64,000 bases of DNA, from the NCBI GenBank assembly GCA_051362555.1, contig CM120640.1, forward strand, positions 57,886,788 through 57,950,787. Direction: 5' to 3'. Numbering within the stretch: the first letter of the stretch is position 1; each line of letters opens with the position of its first letter. A model generated the notes under the pieces. That model made no database searches. It was not told the DNA's origin and saw nothing but the letters and a program-made list of their open reading frames with translations. Origin of the DNA: Lingula anatina. Taxonomy: Eukaryota; Animalia; Brachiopoda. A program made the translations under genes and the position numbers. This document shows, one piece after another, positions 37,955-50,885 of the stretch.

Positions 37955-39596
37955 GGTGAACAGGAGGGCCTATAAACCCCTATATTGGAGCCCTGTACAT
38001 CTCTCCTGTAGTGTTATTCTCTCTAATCTCATCGGCTGGTCTCTGCTGATTGGATTTAATTTAGGGTAAAACCCCTGCCCTGTGGTCCAAACGACTTCTA
38101 TACGCATTGTTCACTTGACAAACAATGATAACACGTAACAGTATCACAATCTGCTCTGTCGTTCTTGTCATTGTCACCTTATCAAGGGTTGTGACAGTAC
38201 AAAATGGAGGTGAAACTTTCAACAATCTGACGGAGTGAGTGCATTGATTTAGTTCGCACTATTCCACCTTTTTCCAGTACTTCCAATGTGTTAGCCTGAA
38301 ATGTGTGGTCTTTAATGTACTTCGTAGAAGTTGTTCCACAGCATTTACATAATTTATTATTATTATTATTACTTTTTTAGGCTTTAGGCAGTTTTTATCC
38401 TAAAAAGAAAAATACAGAGAGATAAAGAACACAATAGAAATAGAAAGGGGATTGAACACGTTATAAATTATATCAAAACTGAATATTCATTGAAAATAGA
38501 ATATTTGTTTGTGGCCACAGTTTTTGCAAGAAAGTGGAGCCTACCTTGATCGCTTCCGTTATTCTTTGTTTAGTAATAATTTTCAACCTATTAGGCATAG
38601 TTTTTTCTGATATATGTACAAAGTTCAGTGACCTAATTGTAGGCATATGAGGCCGGGTGATTTGTATATCTATATCACGTCACGTTAATAAATAAATGCT
38701 ACTACCTTGAGCGCTTCCGTTAGTCTTTGGGAAAAAGAGGGTACAAAAATGGCCTCACCTCGTTCGGCATATATAGGCCAACGTTTCTAAAATAGAGGCA
38801 CGGGAAAGATCACTTTAAAGCTTATACAGGATGAACTTTCCTGCCAAATCGAATTTTCTTGAAATAAAGGAATTTTTTTACACCCTCAAATCATTGCACG
38901 ACCGTCCTTGCACTTGGATGGATGCTTTATATAATTTCTAGTTAATAATTAGTTCTAAATTAGTGTCTTTAATGGTCATCTTCTTGAACATTTAAGACGG
39001 AAACATCGACATCATGCAGGTAAATTAGTTCGATATATATTTTATTTATCTTTTTTTTTTTGGAAAAGATTAGTAATTTTATATACGACTGTAAAGGTAA
39101 GATACAAAAAATAATAATGTATATGCTTGCAGAACATTTTAAAACTCGGATAGCTACCGATGAATTCTAGCCTAACTTTAATATGCAGGATACAGGGATA
39201 GAAAATTTGTTTAGCTTTGCCTCGTTATAATCTATTTTTGTGTGCGAGGGAGGGGGTGGTAGAGGATTCATAATGGCGGAAGACTTGCCATTCCCTGGAT
39301 CAGCTACTGCATGCACATCTTTATATTTTTATTACGCTGATTTTTAAAGCAAAAATACTGGCTTCGCATCCCGTTATATTTTTCAGTCTTTTTAAGAAAA
39401 ATCTTCTTTTTGGACAAATATTTCTATTCCAAAAGCAGAGTTTATTATTTTATGTTGTAGCTAGCTACTGGTAGGCCTATGTGAATACTCTGTCTGAAGA
39501 ACGCTTTACCTCGTCGCAGCTCAGACCGCTACCATTACTGGAAATAAGGGTTAAATAAAAGTAAACCAATACACGCTGACGTACTTATTATCTCGC

Positions 39597-39629
39597 ATCA
39601 AGGAGTTACAACAGTTGTAACTCCTTGAT
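39597..39629. repeat. Perfect 16-bp inverted repeat with 1-nt spacer upstream of SH2B
   Basis: ATCAAGGAGTTACAAC-A-GTTGTAACTCCTTGAT. Confidence 0.9.
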
Positions 39630-39816
39630 CGCATTGAAAACTTTGGCAATGACATAATTATTTTTTCTTCTTCCGTATCCGGGTACCCATTTGCGCAGAC
39701 GCCTCGTGCGCATGTTGTTTTTGACATGTCGGCCGTGAGACAATCGTAGTCAAGAGTCGGGAAGCCGGTCTCACTGGATGAATTCCTAGTGCGACAAGGC
39801 TTTTACCAAGTGCGTA

Positions 39817-42180
39817 ATGGCAGAAGCTGTAAACGGACCCTGTGATGGGGCCTTAGGTTGGACGCAATTCTGCGAACAAGAGGCAGCAAAGGCTGCAGTT
39901 GATTTCGTTAGGAACTTCCGCCTATACATCACAGACAACCCGTCCCATAATAATCAACCGGAGAGATTTGCCAAACGTTTCGTGGAGCATTTTCTCGAAC
40001 ATTTTGAGCTGGAGACAAACGTACGACGCTCTGTAGAGGTGTCGCCAGGTACTCGTGCTCATAACAGAGACGGTAGTGGGGACAGAACTGCTTTAGACAG
40101 GGGAAACCATTCCCCTGATAACATCAGAGAACCCCTTGTGCAGAATCACTCACTAGATCATGATGATTATACGGACGATAATACATCTCCTTCGCCTAAA
40201 TCAAATAGGTCATTTTTCAGAAGACTGTCATTTAAGGGATTTAGGAAAAATAGCCACAAAAAGGTGCTCATCAAACAGAGGTCTGATGAAGTTGAATTGT
40301 CTCCAGCTTCCACACACCAGACCCCAGGAAAACGACTGAGAAATTTTCTCAGTAAAGCTGGTGGTAGTGGGGAGAAAGAAAAACAAAAGTTGGTTCAATC
40401 AGGAATTGAGGAAATTAAACGTGATGGACTGGTAAACAGACTTATTGATGAAGAAGGTAGTAATGGCAAAACCAAATGGGAGAAGTGTAGACTTGCATTA
40501 GTTAAAACTGCTGGTGGATTTATGCTGGAGATCTATTCACCACCAAAGGTATATAATTATATAATTTATGTACACCTTCTTTCAGGAGAGGGTATAAGAA
40601 AATGCCAACACAGAGGTAAAGACCATTACGGTGCTTCTTTTAATAACATAAAAATATTACACAGATACCAACTGCCAATCCCTTTCTATGTTCCCATTAA
40701 TATTATTCAGCCAATATGCCATCATTTAAGAGTGCTAACACACAAACTTCAGAAATACCTCAGCAAATGTTATGTTTATCATTAACATTATCCTCGTTCA
40801 CTGGTACAAGAGCACTGACACAACCTTAGCCTATTAAGGATATGCTGTCTTAATTTTGATAATTTAGAGGCTGATCATAGGGTACACCGCTTAGTAGGAA
40901 TGTGATGGTTATCTTCAGGCCCTGTTCATACTGTATGCTGGTAGTTATTTATGTATTCATATTAAGTCAAGGTCTTCACTTGACTTGGTTGGAGAGCCAA
41001 AAAATGCTGTACAGTTAAAATTGACTAGATCTGTAATATATACAGAGGCGGATTGAGACCGTCTTCTGGGTCTTCTGGAAGACGGTCAGATTTTAAAGTT
41101 TACATTGACAGGTATCTATTTTTTTTCTGTTGGAAGACCATCAAAAATGGAGGATGGATCAACAAAGATAATTTGGAATACTGTCAGAAAATATCTCTGG
41201 ATCTGCTCCTGATGTAGAAAAAAAAAGAATACTACAGAGCCAGGACTTTTTTAATATATCTGTCACAAGTGTTTAGTCTGCCTTTATGCACATTAGATGT
41301 GATTTTCATGGACCCACTACTTAAGAACTTAAGAACAATAATTTGGCACATATCACCTTCAAGTAGGTCTGTTTAGATTGTGCTTGATTTTGCCATATAT
41401 CTAATATTTTACATTTCAGTTTATTCTATAGAAATCATTTTAAATATGTAAAGTGAACTGATAATGCACTGTAGAAGAATCCATTTATAATGAATAACTT
41501 AACTCTTGATGTGTGTACACTAACTTTGACAACATTTAGTTGTTATAAGTAGGATATAAGTACATGCTTAAATCCAAATTATTATACTTTTTGCAAGTGA
41601 TTTTTCTCAACTGATGAATTATTATCGGTGAAATGCTTGCAATTATTTTATTAAAATGTAATAAGGTTCTTTTATGTAGATTAGTACAAAGATAGATTTT
41701 AAATGAAATGCATTTTTTGGTATTTTATATTGAAGGGGGAAATAATTTATTGCAGAAGGATTACATGCCACATGCTCATGAACAATTGATTATAGATAGG
41801 AGTGTAGGTGGGAAAAGGGCATTTATTATAAAAGAAAGTAAAATTATTAATTTGAGTATATAAAACAAAATGAAAAGATAAAAAACAGTTCTGCATACCA
41901 GTATTGAAATTTCCCAGACTGTCTTGCATCTGGGCAATTGCTGACCTTTACATAACAGATGAGCTAGTGTGCATCTACAAAATACACATTTAATGTATTG
42001 ATATAAATGTTGTTTGGCAGTAACAGTATGTCTGTTGGGCTATTATTCTAAGATGCTTGTTCCTGTCTTAAGGCAATAAAGTAAAGTAATAAAAACATTG
42101 ATTGATTATTTGAAGGGTTGTTTATCAAGTATAAAGTGACAACAAAAACTTTTTATCAACAACAAGAACTTTTTATCACT

Positions 42181-42215
<35 letters not shown>

Positions 42216-45200
42216 TGTTTACTATGATTTCTGAATATAAATTTGATCATTTTGACCAGGCTGTCAAACCTAAGATTGGAGTGTTTTGTTTCCTGATCAC
42301 TGAAGCAAGGGAAACCACTGCATTAGAGATGCCAGACAGAGAGAATGCATTTGTTTTAAAGGTAAGCATTTCTTTTTTTTTCTAATCTCTGTTTGTTTAT
42401 TCATGATGTCTTGATCTTGGTGGGTCAGCTCAAGGACGTATATTCAATATACGTCCTTGGTCAGCTTCAGTTTGTTTTATTTGTGTGGGTGTGTATATGT
42501 GTGTGCATGCATATGTGTATGCCTGTGTGTATGCATGTGTGTGAATGCATGCATTCATGTGTGGGTGTGATTCATAGTCAACATATACCTCAAAGATGAT
42601 CTATCTTGATAATCTAGTTTTTTTCCTTGACTTGTAGTTGAGTGTTATCCATTTTAATCGTGCAACCATCCTTATTTCTGTCACCATTTTTGCCAGTTAA
42701 GCTTTGAAAGGAGCGTTCTTGAAAAAAATAAACTCACTTTTAGAAACAAACCAATATCTATCCATGAATATTTTTTTTAAGTCTTTAAGTATAACAGAGA
42801 AAGGTGTTAACTGAATATCAGGACAACCATAACAAACAGTGAAGCAATCTATGTACTTCTTTATTTCTTAATGAACAATCACCCCAAGTACAAAACAATA
42901 GATAAGAACACATATATATGAATGTTTTTTGCAGGCTGACAGGAATTTAGAGTATGTGTTTGAGACTTGCAGTGCAGCAGACATGCAAATGTGGCTAGAA
43001 GATATCAAAGAAAGCATGGGCCCAAACAACAGAAATGGGTGGGTAATTAAAAAAGCATCAGACTGATTTATACTTCTCACAACACACAATCAATTTTGCA
43101 TTTGGATCAGTTATCACATTGCCATATTCCCTGTCCTACCTTGATAAACCTTGTAGCACTAGACTAAGCTTGCTCTTCCATAATGAACAACAATTGCAGT
43201 GTTTGCTCTGAAATTACGCACCCACTGACATAATTTTAATGTAGGGCAAATAATTAAATTTAATCCATATCAATTCTATATAGCTAAATGAATTATTTAA
43301 CTGTGTATGAAAAATTAATTTTGATAGAAAAATTAATTTTGATAGCAAGAGTTCAACTTTTCTTGAAATATCTTATGTACATTTTAATATTTTGCTTCAT
43401 TTTAGTGTCAACCCGATGTGGTGCACTTAATTGATCATCAATTTCCATTTATTACTGTGTTTTCATTAACCTAATGAAAAATTGTTTAAATTTTATTTTG
43501 TTCTTGTTCCTATTCAGTCGCAGCTTGCCAAGTCTCCAACCTTCATTACATGAAGTTTCTGGTAAGCTAAATTAGTCATAGTTTTGTATAAAAACACCAT
43601 GCTGACAATTTATAATAATAATAATAACTAGACTGCAACTGGCTGAAGCCAGTGGCGCGGAGGATTCCCTTGCAAAATAGCTGTGGAAAGGATCTTACAA
43701 GGTCATGTGAAGGTCATGGGTTAAATTTGACCCCATATTCTGAAAGAGCATGTGCGAATGGGGGGGGGGGGGGGGGGAGGGTCAACAAAACATACTTTTA
43801 GCCCACTTCAATATTTCTCCATGAAATAGCCGAATGACCTTGAAAATGAGGGTCAAGGTCAAATTTGACATTTGATTTAGAGGTTTTGGGTATATGTTTG
43901 GGGTAGTTTACTATAGCATGCCATGACCAAAAACCAGTGTTTCATGGAGAAATTGCCAAACTCAAGATTTCTGCAATGTCATAAATATTTAAAAATCTAT
44001 ATTAAAAAAAGTAATTAGGCAGTCGCTACCAAAGTACAGCTAACCTTAGATAAATATATAGGGCATCATTTGCCACTATAATCGGGGCTCTGGGCCTTCT
44101 TGTTTTTGAGATCTCGGAAACAAACCTTTTTTGAGCCTGTTTGGCCATTAGCGACCTTGACCTTGACCTACTTGCATAAATGTAGGTCATTATCTGTGGA
44201 TTTGGCTCAGTATCATTGGCCATAAGCCCCTTAGCCATATGGCTTATACTTTAGGCCTAATGGCAATTTCAAATTTTACAAATTTTGCCTTAAAAAGCTC
44301 CTGTGACCTTGAAAAGTAGGTCAAGGTCACTGAAACTGGGTCTATGGCATATTCTTACCATAGGCTACCTATGTAAATTATTTCAGATTTTTTGCGAAAA
44401 AAAACGCGCAGAAAGAATAACTATAATAATAATACTACCAAAAACAATAGTATTCCCCTATGGGGAATCCTAATAATAATAATAATAATAATAATTTTTT
44501 AAAATACCTTTTTTAAACTAGTGACCACTATGACTGCAGTGTCATGTCAGTTTTGAACGAAATGAACAACATACCATCATATTCCTTTGGTAATTCATTT
44601 TCAGTGCTATCAAGGGTTTTATTTTTCAGATACCACACCAATATTATACAATGACCACAGGCTGTCTAGAGGCAGTGATGTTAGCAGTGACAATCCCCCA
44701 GAACTGCCACCAAGGACACCTACACGTGTGGGAGATGGGGCACACCCACTTCACCTGTCTAGAAACAGTTCAGGAGACATGGCTGGATCACCTAGGTCAG
44801 AGAGTGGGTTTGGAGGTAGGTACTTCTTTTGCTGTGCTCTTATTTATTGACACTGAGCCCAATGTTAATGGGTTTCTTTGAAATTTGCATTAATACCCAC
44901 TGGAACCATCAAGGGGTATTACAATGCTATCAGACAATTTATGAGATATTTGTCATTTTGAAAAATCATTTGCTTTGGATAAAGAAAACAATTGATTTCT
45001 TTTGCCTAGCAATGTATTATTTTACTTGGATAATTGCAGTTTAAGTTAATCAGATATAGTGGTGAATAGAAAGCAGTCTTGCCACTTATGTTTTTTTTTC
45101 GGTACCATATCATTTCTTGAAGTGAAATTCATTAATTCCAGAATTTATAGCAAGAGAGCCCCTTGGGCCTGATTGTTATGTGGATCAACAGCTTCGAGAG

Positions 45201-46315
45201 TACCCCTGGTTCCATGGTACCCTATCTCGCATGGAGGCTGCCCAGCTAGTGTTACAACATGGGGCTGATGGCCATGGGGTGTTCCTGGTTAGGCAGAGTG
45301 AGACGAGGAAGGGGGAATATGTCCTAACTTTCAACTTCCAAGGAAGAGCTAAGGTTTGTTTGCATTTTTTTCATCTTTTATTTATTTAAAAAAAATTTTA
45401 GAAAGCTGTGAGTAAAATGTTCATCATACCTCATTTGCTTGTAGCCATGGTTAAGCTGCCCCCTCCCATTCCATTTTCATGAGTGTAGCACATATAATAT
45501 AATTTGTCATTTATTCCCATGTGAAATTAAGATATTCTTATATAGCTCATTCTTAAACTTTATCTATTAACCATAAGTCATAATGCTCAAAATGAAACAT
45601 AATCCAATAATCTATAAAAAGGATGGAATTTTGGGTCCTGAGAAGAAAATGCTGTTGCATACATTTTGTTTTTTAAACATCTCATAAAACAAACAAGATA
45701 AGGTATTTTCTTGTGTATATGTGGCAGGTGTCAGTAGATTCCAAGATGTTTTTTCTTCTTATAGGGTAGGTTGTTTGAAATATATTTAGAAAGCCAATTT
45801 CAATTTAATTGCAGCACTTGCGGATGACCATAAACAATGAAGGCCAGTGTAGAGTTCAGCACCTGTGGTTTCAGACCATATTCGATATGCTGGAACACTT
45901 CCGCACTCACCCCATTCCTCTAGAGTCTGGAGGCACCTCTGATGTCACACTGTCTGATTATGTAGTAGGGGCTAATCACTTATCACCAGGACATATTGGA
46001 GGTCACCAAGGTCAATCTGGGGGTCATCAGAGTCATGCTGGAGGTCACCAGGCCCAAGGTCATATTCAAGGTCAACGGCATAGCCCAACAGGAGGGGCTT
46101 CTTTAACCAGTGGTTTCCGTAGTGGTGGAATGGTACTTCATGGGGGTAATGAGCAAGGCAGGGATGTTCTTCCAACCAACAGTGGTTCTGTACGTACGAG
46201 GACAGAATCCATGGAACAGCTGATTATAAGGGACTCAACGCCTCCCTTACAGCCTCAACAAACTACACTGAATCTGCATGGAAGAGCAGTGGAGAACCAT
46301 TATTCTTTTGTCTGA
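39817..46315 (+). CDS. SH2B: SH2B family adaptor (SH2B1/APS/Lnk), ~626 aa
   Basis: Exons 39817-40548, 42260-42361, 42935-43038, 43518-43561, 44630-44815, 45142 (or 45151)-45353, 45815-46315. Phe-zipper ([16 protein letters not shown]...F), PH domain (WEKCRLAL...[17 protein letters not shown]), SH2 domain ([10 protein letters not shown]...[27 protein letters not shown]) and C-terminal [10 protein letters not shown]. Confidence 0.95.
41043..41211. mobile_element. Short degenerate MITE of the CAGGGGCGGATCCAG-ended type
   Basis: Imperfect TIRs CAGAGGCGGATT...GGATCTGCTCCTG; a related end (GGATCCGCCCCTG) occurs at ~17879-17891. Confidence 0.4.
43626..44470. mobile_element. Helentron-associated (HINE/pearl-like) non-autonomous element in SH2B intron 4
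   Basis: Starts AACTAGACTG inside a (TAA)n tract. Contains repeated TGACCTTGA...GGTCAAGGTCA hairpin motifs (~43836, ~44304) and ends in the hairpin ATTCCCC-TAT-GGGGAAT followed by (TAA)n. Confidence 0.6.
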
Positions 46316-49300
46316 GTAACATTTATTAGATTGATAAAATGCTTAAATGAGGTAATATTAACTTGTGACACCTGCTGATTCTTGCCTGTATTTATAGTCC
46401 AAAATTTTGAATTATATTTGAAGCCTGCTTCAATGGGGATCAACAGAGATAGCCTTTTATGATGCTGTAGGCACTGGGTGTCATCATATGTGACTAGACA
46501 TGAGATGTGGTTCACTTGTTAGTGATTGGAGTGAAACTCTGTTCCTAGGAATGTTGTTCTTAAAAGCAATACAAAAAGGGTGTGCATAACATGACTAATT
46601 TTTACTGTGTGCAATGGACTAAAAATTTACTGAATTTGAGAGAAAACAATTACAGAAATATCCGTAGATAAATTTTGTCAGCTTTTATTCATTGCACTGT
46701 GTTATCTAGTCAGCCATTACTTATAACCCACTCTCTTCCAAGTCCGATGAAATCCCACAAGACTGGGCTATCTTGGATGATCCCTATTTTCAGCTGCCAA
46801 TTTGGATGTTACCCTTGGTACTGCTTTGAACAAGAATATTGCTTTCAGTATTAATTACCTATGGTGAAATGAAAGACTGATGTGAGAGAAGAATATATAA
46901 ATGTAACATAGTAAGTTGAGATTGTTACAATATCTGCTTTGGTCCTGTGTAATGGTTAAGAGTGAAAATTCCTCGTTTGGGATAACCTTTTCCATTTTTG
47001 ACACAAACTTTTCAATCTTACTAAGAGGATTTAAGCTTTGAAATGGTATTCTCTTGTCTCTAGGGTACATTGTTGTTTTGTACTTCAACAGTGTCTCATT
47101 TATAGGGAGTTGAGGTTTTGTTGCATCGATTTGTACAGTGGAACATACCATGTTTTGTTGTTCTTGTTAACCTGTTGAAATCAAGAGTATTGATAGCTAG
47201 GTAAAAACAATTATTACAGTGATAAGTAGAGAAGTGTGGATTTCATTTTGTTTTTAAGAGAGTAGATAAATGTGTGAAGTTTTTTATTAGCAGAATATTT
47301 TGTTCATTAGTGAGTAAAACAAGGTTGTTAATTTATTATCAAACTTACATCTACAGAACTCAATGGCTGCTAGCTTAAAGGGTATTTTTTGTTCATTGTA
47401 CAAGAAAGGTACATGCTCTTTGTTAAGGGAGAGTGGACCATTTAACAGACATCTCATAAGAATCTAAGCATAAAGGCTAAGCTTTTTCTTACAGTGGGAG
47501 ATTGACATAGTAATCCTGTTCCAATTTTTTCATTTAATGCCCACATAACTTGTTTTTGATTTGGTATAATTCTTAGTAAAATTCCTTTTAGTATATTGCA
47601 CTTTTTTGTTTCAAGGTTTTGACCAATACTTTTATTTATTTTATTAAGAAATGAAAAATGTGTTATTGTAATTTCAATATGTTTTTTTTTTTACTCGGAC
47701 CATGTTGTCATTTCTGGCAATGCTGTTAGATTTCGTTATTGTACTTTCATTCCTAAAGGATTTAAAAAAAAAAAATCCCCCAAATTTGAGCAGGATATGT
47801 TAGGAAACATAGGTCATAGAACTTTTTTCTTTGTTTTTCTGTTTGACAGTTATAGATTTTTTTTCATAAAGTCTATGTCTCATGCTTGTTTTGTGTGTGC
47901 TAATTATTTATTGACTTAAATATTTAAATCATGTTTTTTTTTATTTTTAATTTTTAAGTGTTGTTCTTTTTTTCATGATTTATGTACATTTAATTATGTC
48001 CACTTCAGAGGGGATGGTTTTACCTCATGACCCACATAATCAATCATGCTCTGGTCACAAGAACCTAATGCATTCACTGTTTATTAAGCAGCTTTTTTAG
48101 AGTAATATTACCTGACTAAATCCCATGGTGTTCAACGATAGACCATCTTTGACTCGAAAACCAAAAGTTTTTTTTCACTGTTACACGAATTATATGAAAT
48201 CTTAGATGAAATTAGATTATATGTTTATCTTACCTAGTGATTGGTAGTTAAATATTACTTGATTTAAAGTGGTAATGATGGGTGTGATACTGTGCATCAC
48301 AATAGTATGTGAGGTGTACCAGTTACATGACAGTTTCAATTTTGTATTATCTGATCAATTACTTTTGCCAGAGATGACTCTCACTCACCTCTGCATAAAC
48401 CCTTCTTAGCAAGTTAATGTTGGTGGATACGTTGAAATGAAATTTCATTTTTCTCTTTTTGTGCTGTTAATGTCAAAAAATTGAGATTAAAAAATGCACT
48501 ATTTTTAAAAATGAGGATGTGTAGTAATATTGATATAATAAAATTGCAGTTAAACAAAAAGGTTTACCTTTAGATTGATAGATTATATTAAGGTTATGTA
48601 TTTCAAAATACACTTTTGTTTTAAATACTGTTGTAAACATATGGTATTCAAAATGTGCAAGGTATGTTTATGCCTGTATGATTTTATTTTCTTACTGTTT
48701 CAATATATATGTAAAAAACTGAAATTCATGTATAACAAGAGTTAAAGGAACTCTTAACACGAAAAACAGTTATCTTCCCCCCTTCCCCCCCCCTCCCCCA
48801 CCTTGAAGGTTTCAACACATCTCCACCATCCCTTAATAGTTAATACATAACCAGCATTGCCCCTCTGACATGGACACACTGATTTCAGGTTGATTTTTCT
48901 AAGATTAACTTAAGCCAATTGTATTTTGTACACAGATTCAATTTTCATTTACAGTAAAAGTGCACTTTTTTGCACAAGTAGTAATTTCGACGTTTGGTGA
49001 GCACATAACTGGCATTAAAGATATTTGTGCAGGTAATATGAATTGAAAGTAAATAGATAAATACTGTAAAAACTTCTCTGAGCTGTCTCTTCAAGGTTAC
49101 ATAGTAAGTTCAAGAAAATAATGACATCATATAATAAACTAGCTTGATGCTTTGTGATTTTATAGCCTCATTTTGTGTTACAGTACTTACAATATTGCAT
49201 TCAATTTCAACAAATGATTTTGGGGATGAATGTATTATTCCCGAAAGTGACCATCTTGCTCTCATAAGAAAAGTGGTTTTAAGAGAACAGATATAGATGT

Positions 49301-50789
49301 GTGCAATCTTGAAACGGTATTTGAACTTGCTGTAAGATGAAGGAATTCCCTATTACTGGACAAGGTTGCATTCAGATTAAAGCAGAAAATATCTGCAGTC
49401 TGTATTCTTATATGATGCAACAGTGTATATATGAGTTTTTGTGGAACCAAATCCTTCAGTAGCTTTAAAATAAGGTTTATTTTTTACAATGATTTTTTAG
49501 CAGATTTTTGCAATAAATTATGCTAGTTATGTTGAAGAAGATGCCTGCATGAAAATCTAATAAAGGTATGATCAACAAAGTATGATTTTCTGTGTTGATG
49601 CCAAACATTTTGATGTTTCTATGGAATTAGGTGTAGGTCCTTGAAGTATGAAATAAGCCCTACACCTACAAAATAGTTTTAACTCAGATATATCTACTAC
49701 TAGTATAAAGCAATGGGCAACGCTTGACTCAAGCACCATATCTTTATTTGATATACTTTTTTTACAACCAAAATCAATTTATTATGACACAATATCAGAC
49801 ATGATAGCTTCCTGTAACTGCTGCTACAAAAATAACTGAAATTTAACACAAACTCTGAAGACCAAGACAGGCAGTTTATGCAATTCCTTTCCACAAAGTA
49901 ACCAATATTGTTATGAAGTATATCCACAGAACCAGTGATATTAAAAACAAATTTAAAGAATTCTGTAACATTTGATAATCAATTCAACATACTGGTGTGT
50001 TGCTTCTCCAATTGTGAATATAATTAAATATAGGCCATAAAGTACTGTTAAATGCAAATTGTATTATTATCCTTGACAGAACCCAAGCTTTTCCACATGA
50101 TGGTATACCAATCTGTCATGGCAGTTGTGCTCAGCAGTTGGGCTTTTCACCTTTAATATAAGCACATTAAATGCTATGCATAGCAGCTCTTGAAGTTACT
50201 TAATTTAAAAGATACTGTTTACAGGATTTCTATTGCCTTCTTTTATTTAGATAGACTAATTGTGTATAAAGACATGTTACACTCTGTAATTATTAAAACC
50301 CTTGCTCACATGTTACATATCTATGATAAAGTGAAAATGTAATGAATGCACAATACCTTCACCTAAAAAATTTAAAAAAAAAATTAATAATGGTATTTTA
50401 ACAAATACCAATGAGATTTTAGAGTTTAGAATAGGATAATGATCTGTAGATACAAGGGAATAAATGAAAACTGTGCAAACAAATTTATTTTCTGTACCAA
50501 TATTCCACAAATGTCCCCTTTATTTTTAAAAATTCCACCTTAAAATATGTCACAAATATCTTTTTTCTTGAAGCCCACATCATTTCCTAACCCATTTAGA
50601 CATACACACATGTATATTTCCTTCACTTTAAACTTTGTACACGTAATATTTTTAAATTTATATTGTTGTTTAATTTAAGTTACTCAGTTCTATATGTCTA
50701 TGAACTTCATACCCACATATCCAACCACCTAATATATTCTAATATATTTTCCATCCCTTATAAGATATTTCTTTGGTTTAATACCACTG

Positions 50790-50840
<51 letters not shown>

Positions 50841-50885
50841 TATGCCACTCCCTTTCTTTTTCCATGCAGACCAAACAGCTTTCCA

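Noticed and set aside
40549-40785. C-terminal part of the 322-aa ORF
   Set aside because: Read-through into SH2B intron 1; PH-domain similarity continues at 42260 instead.
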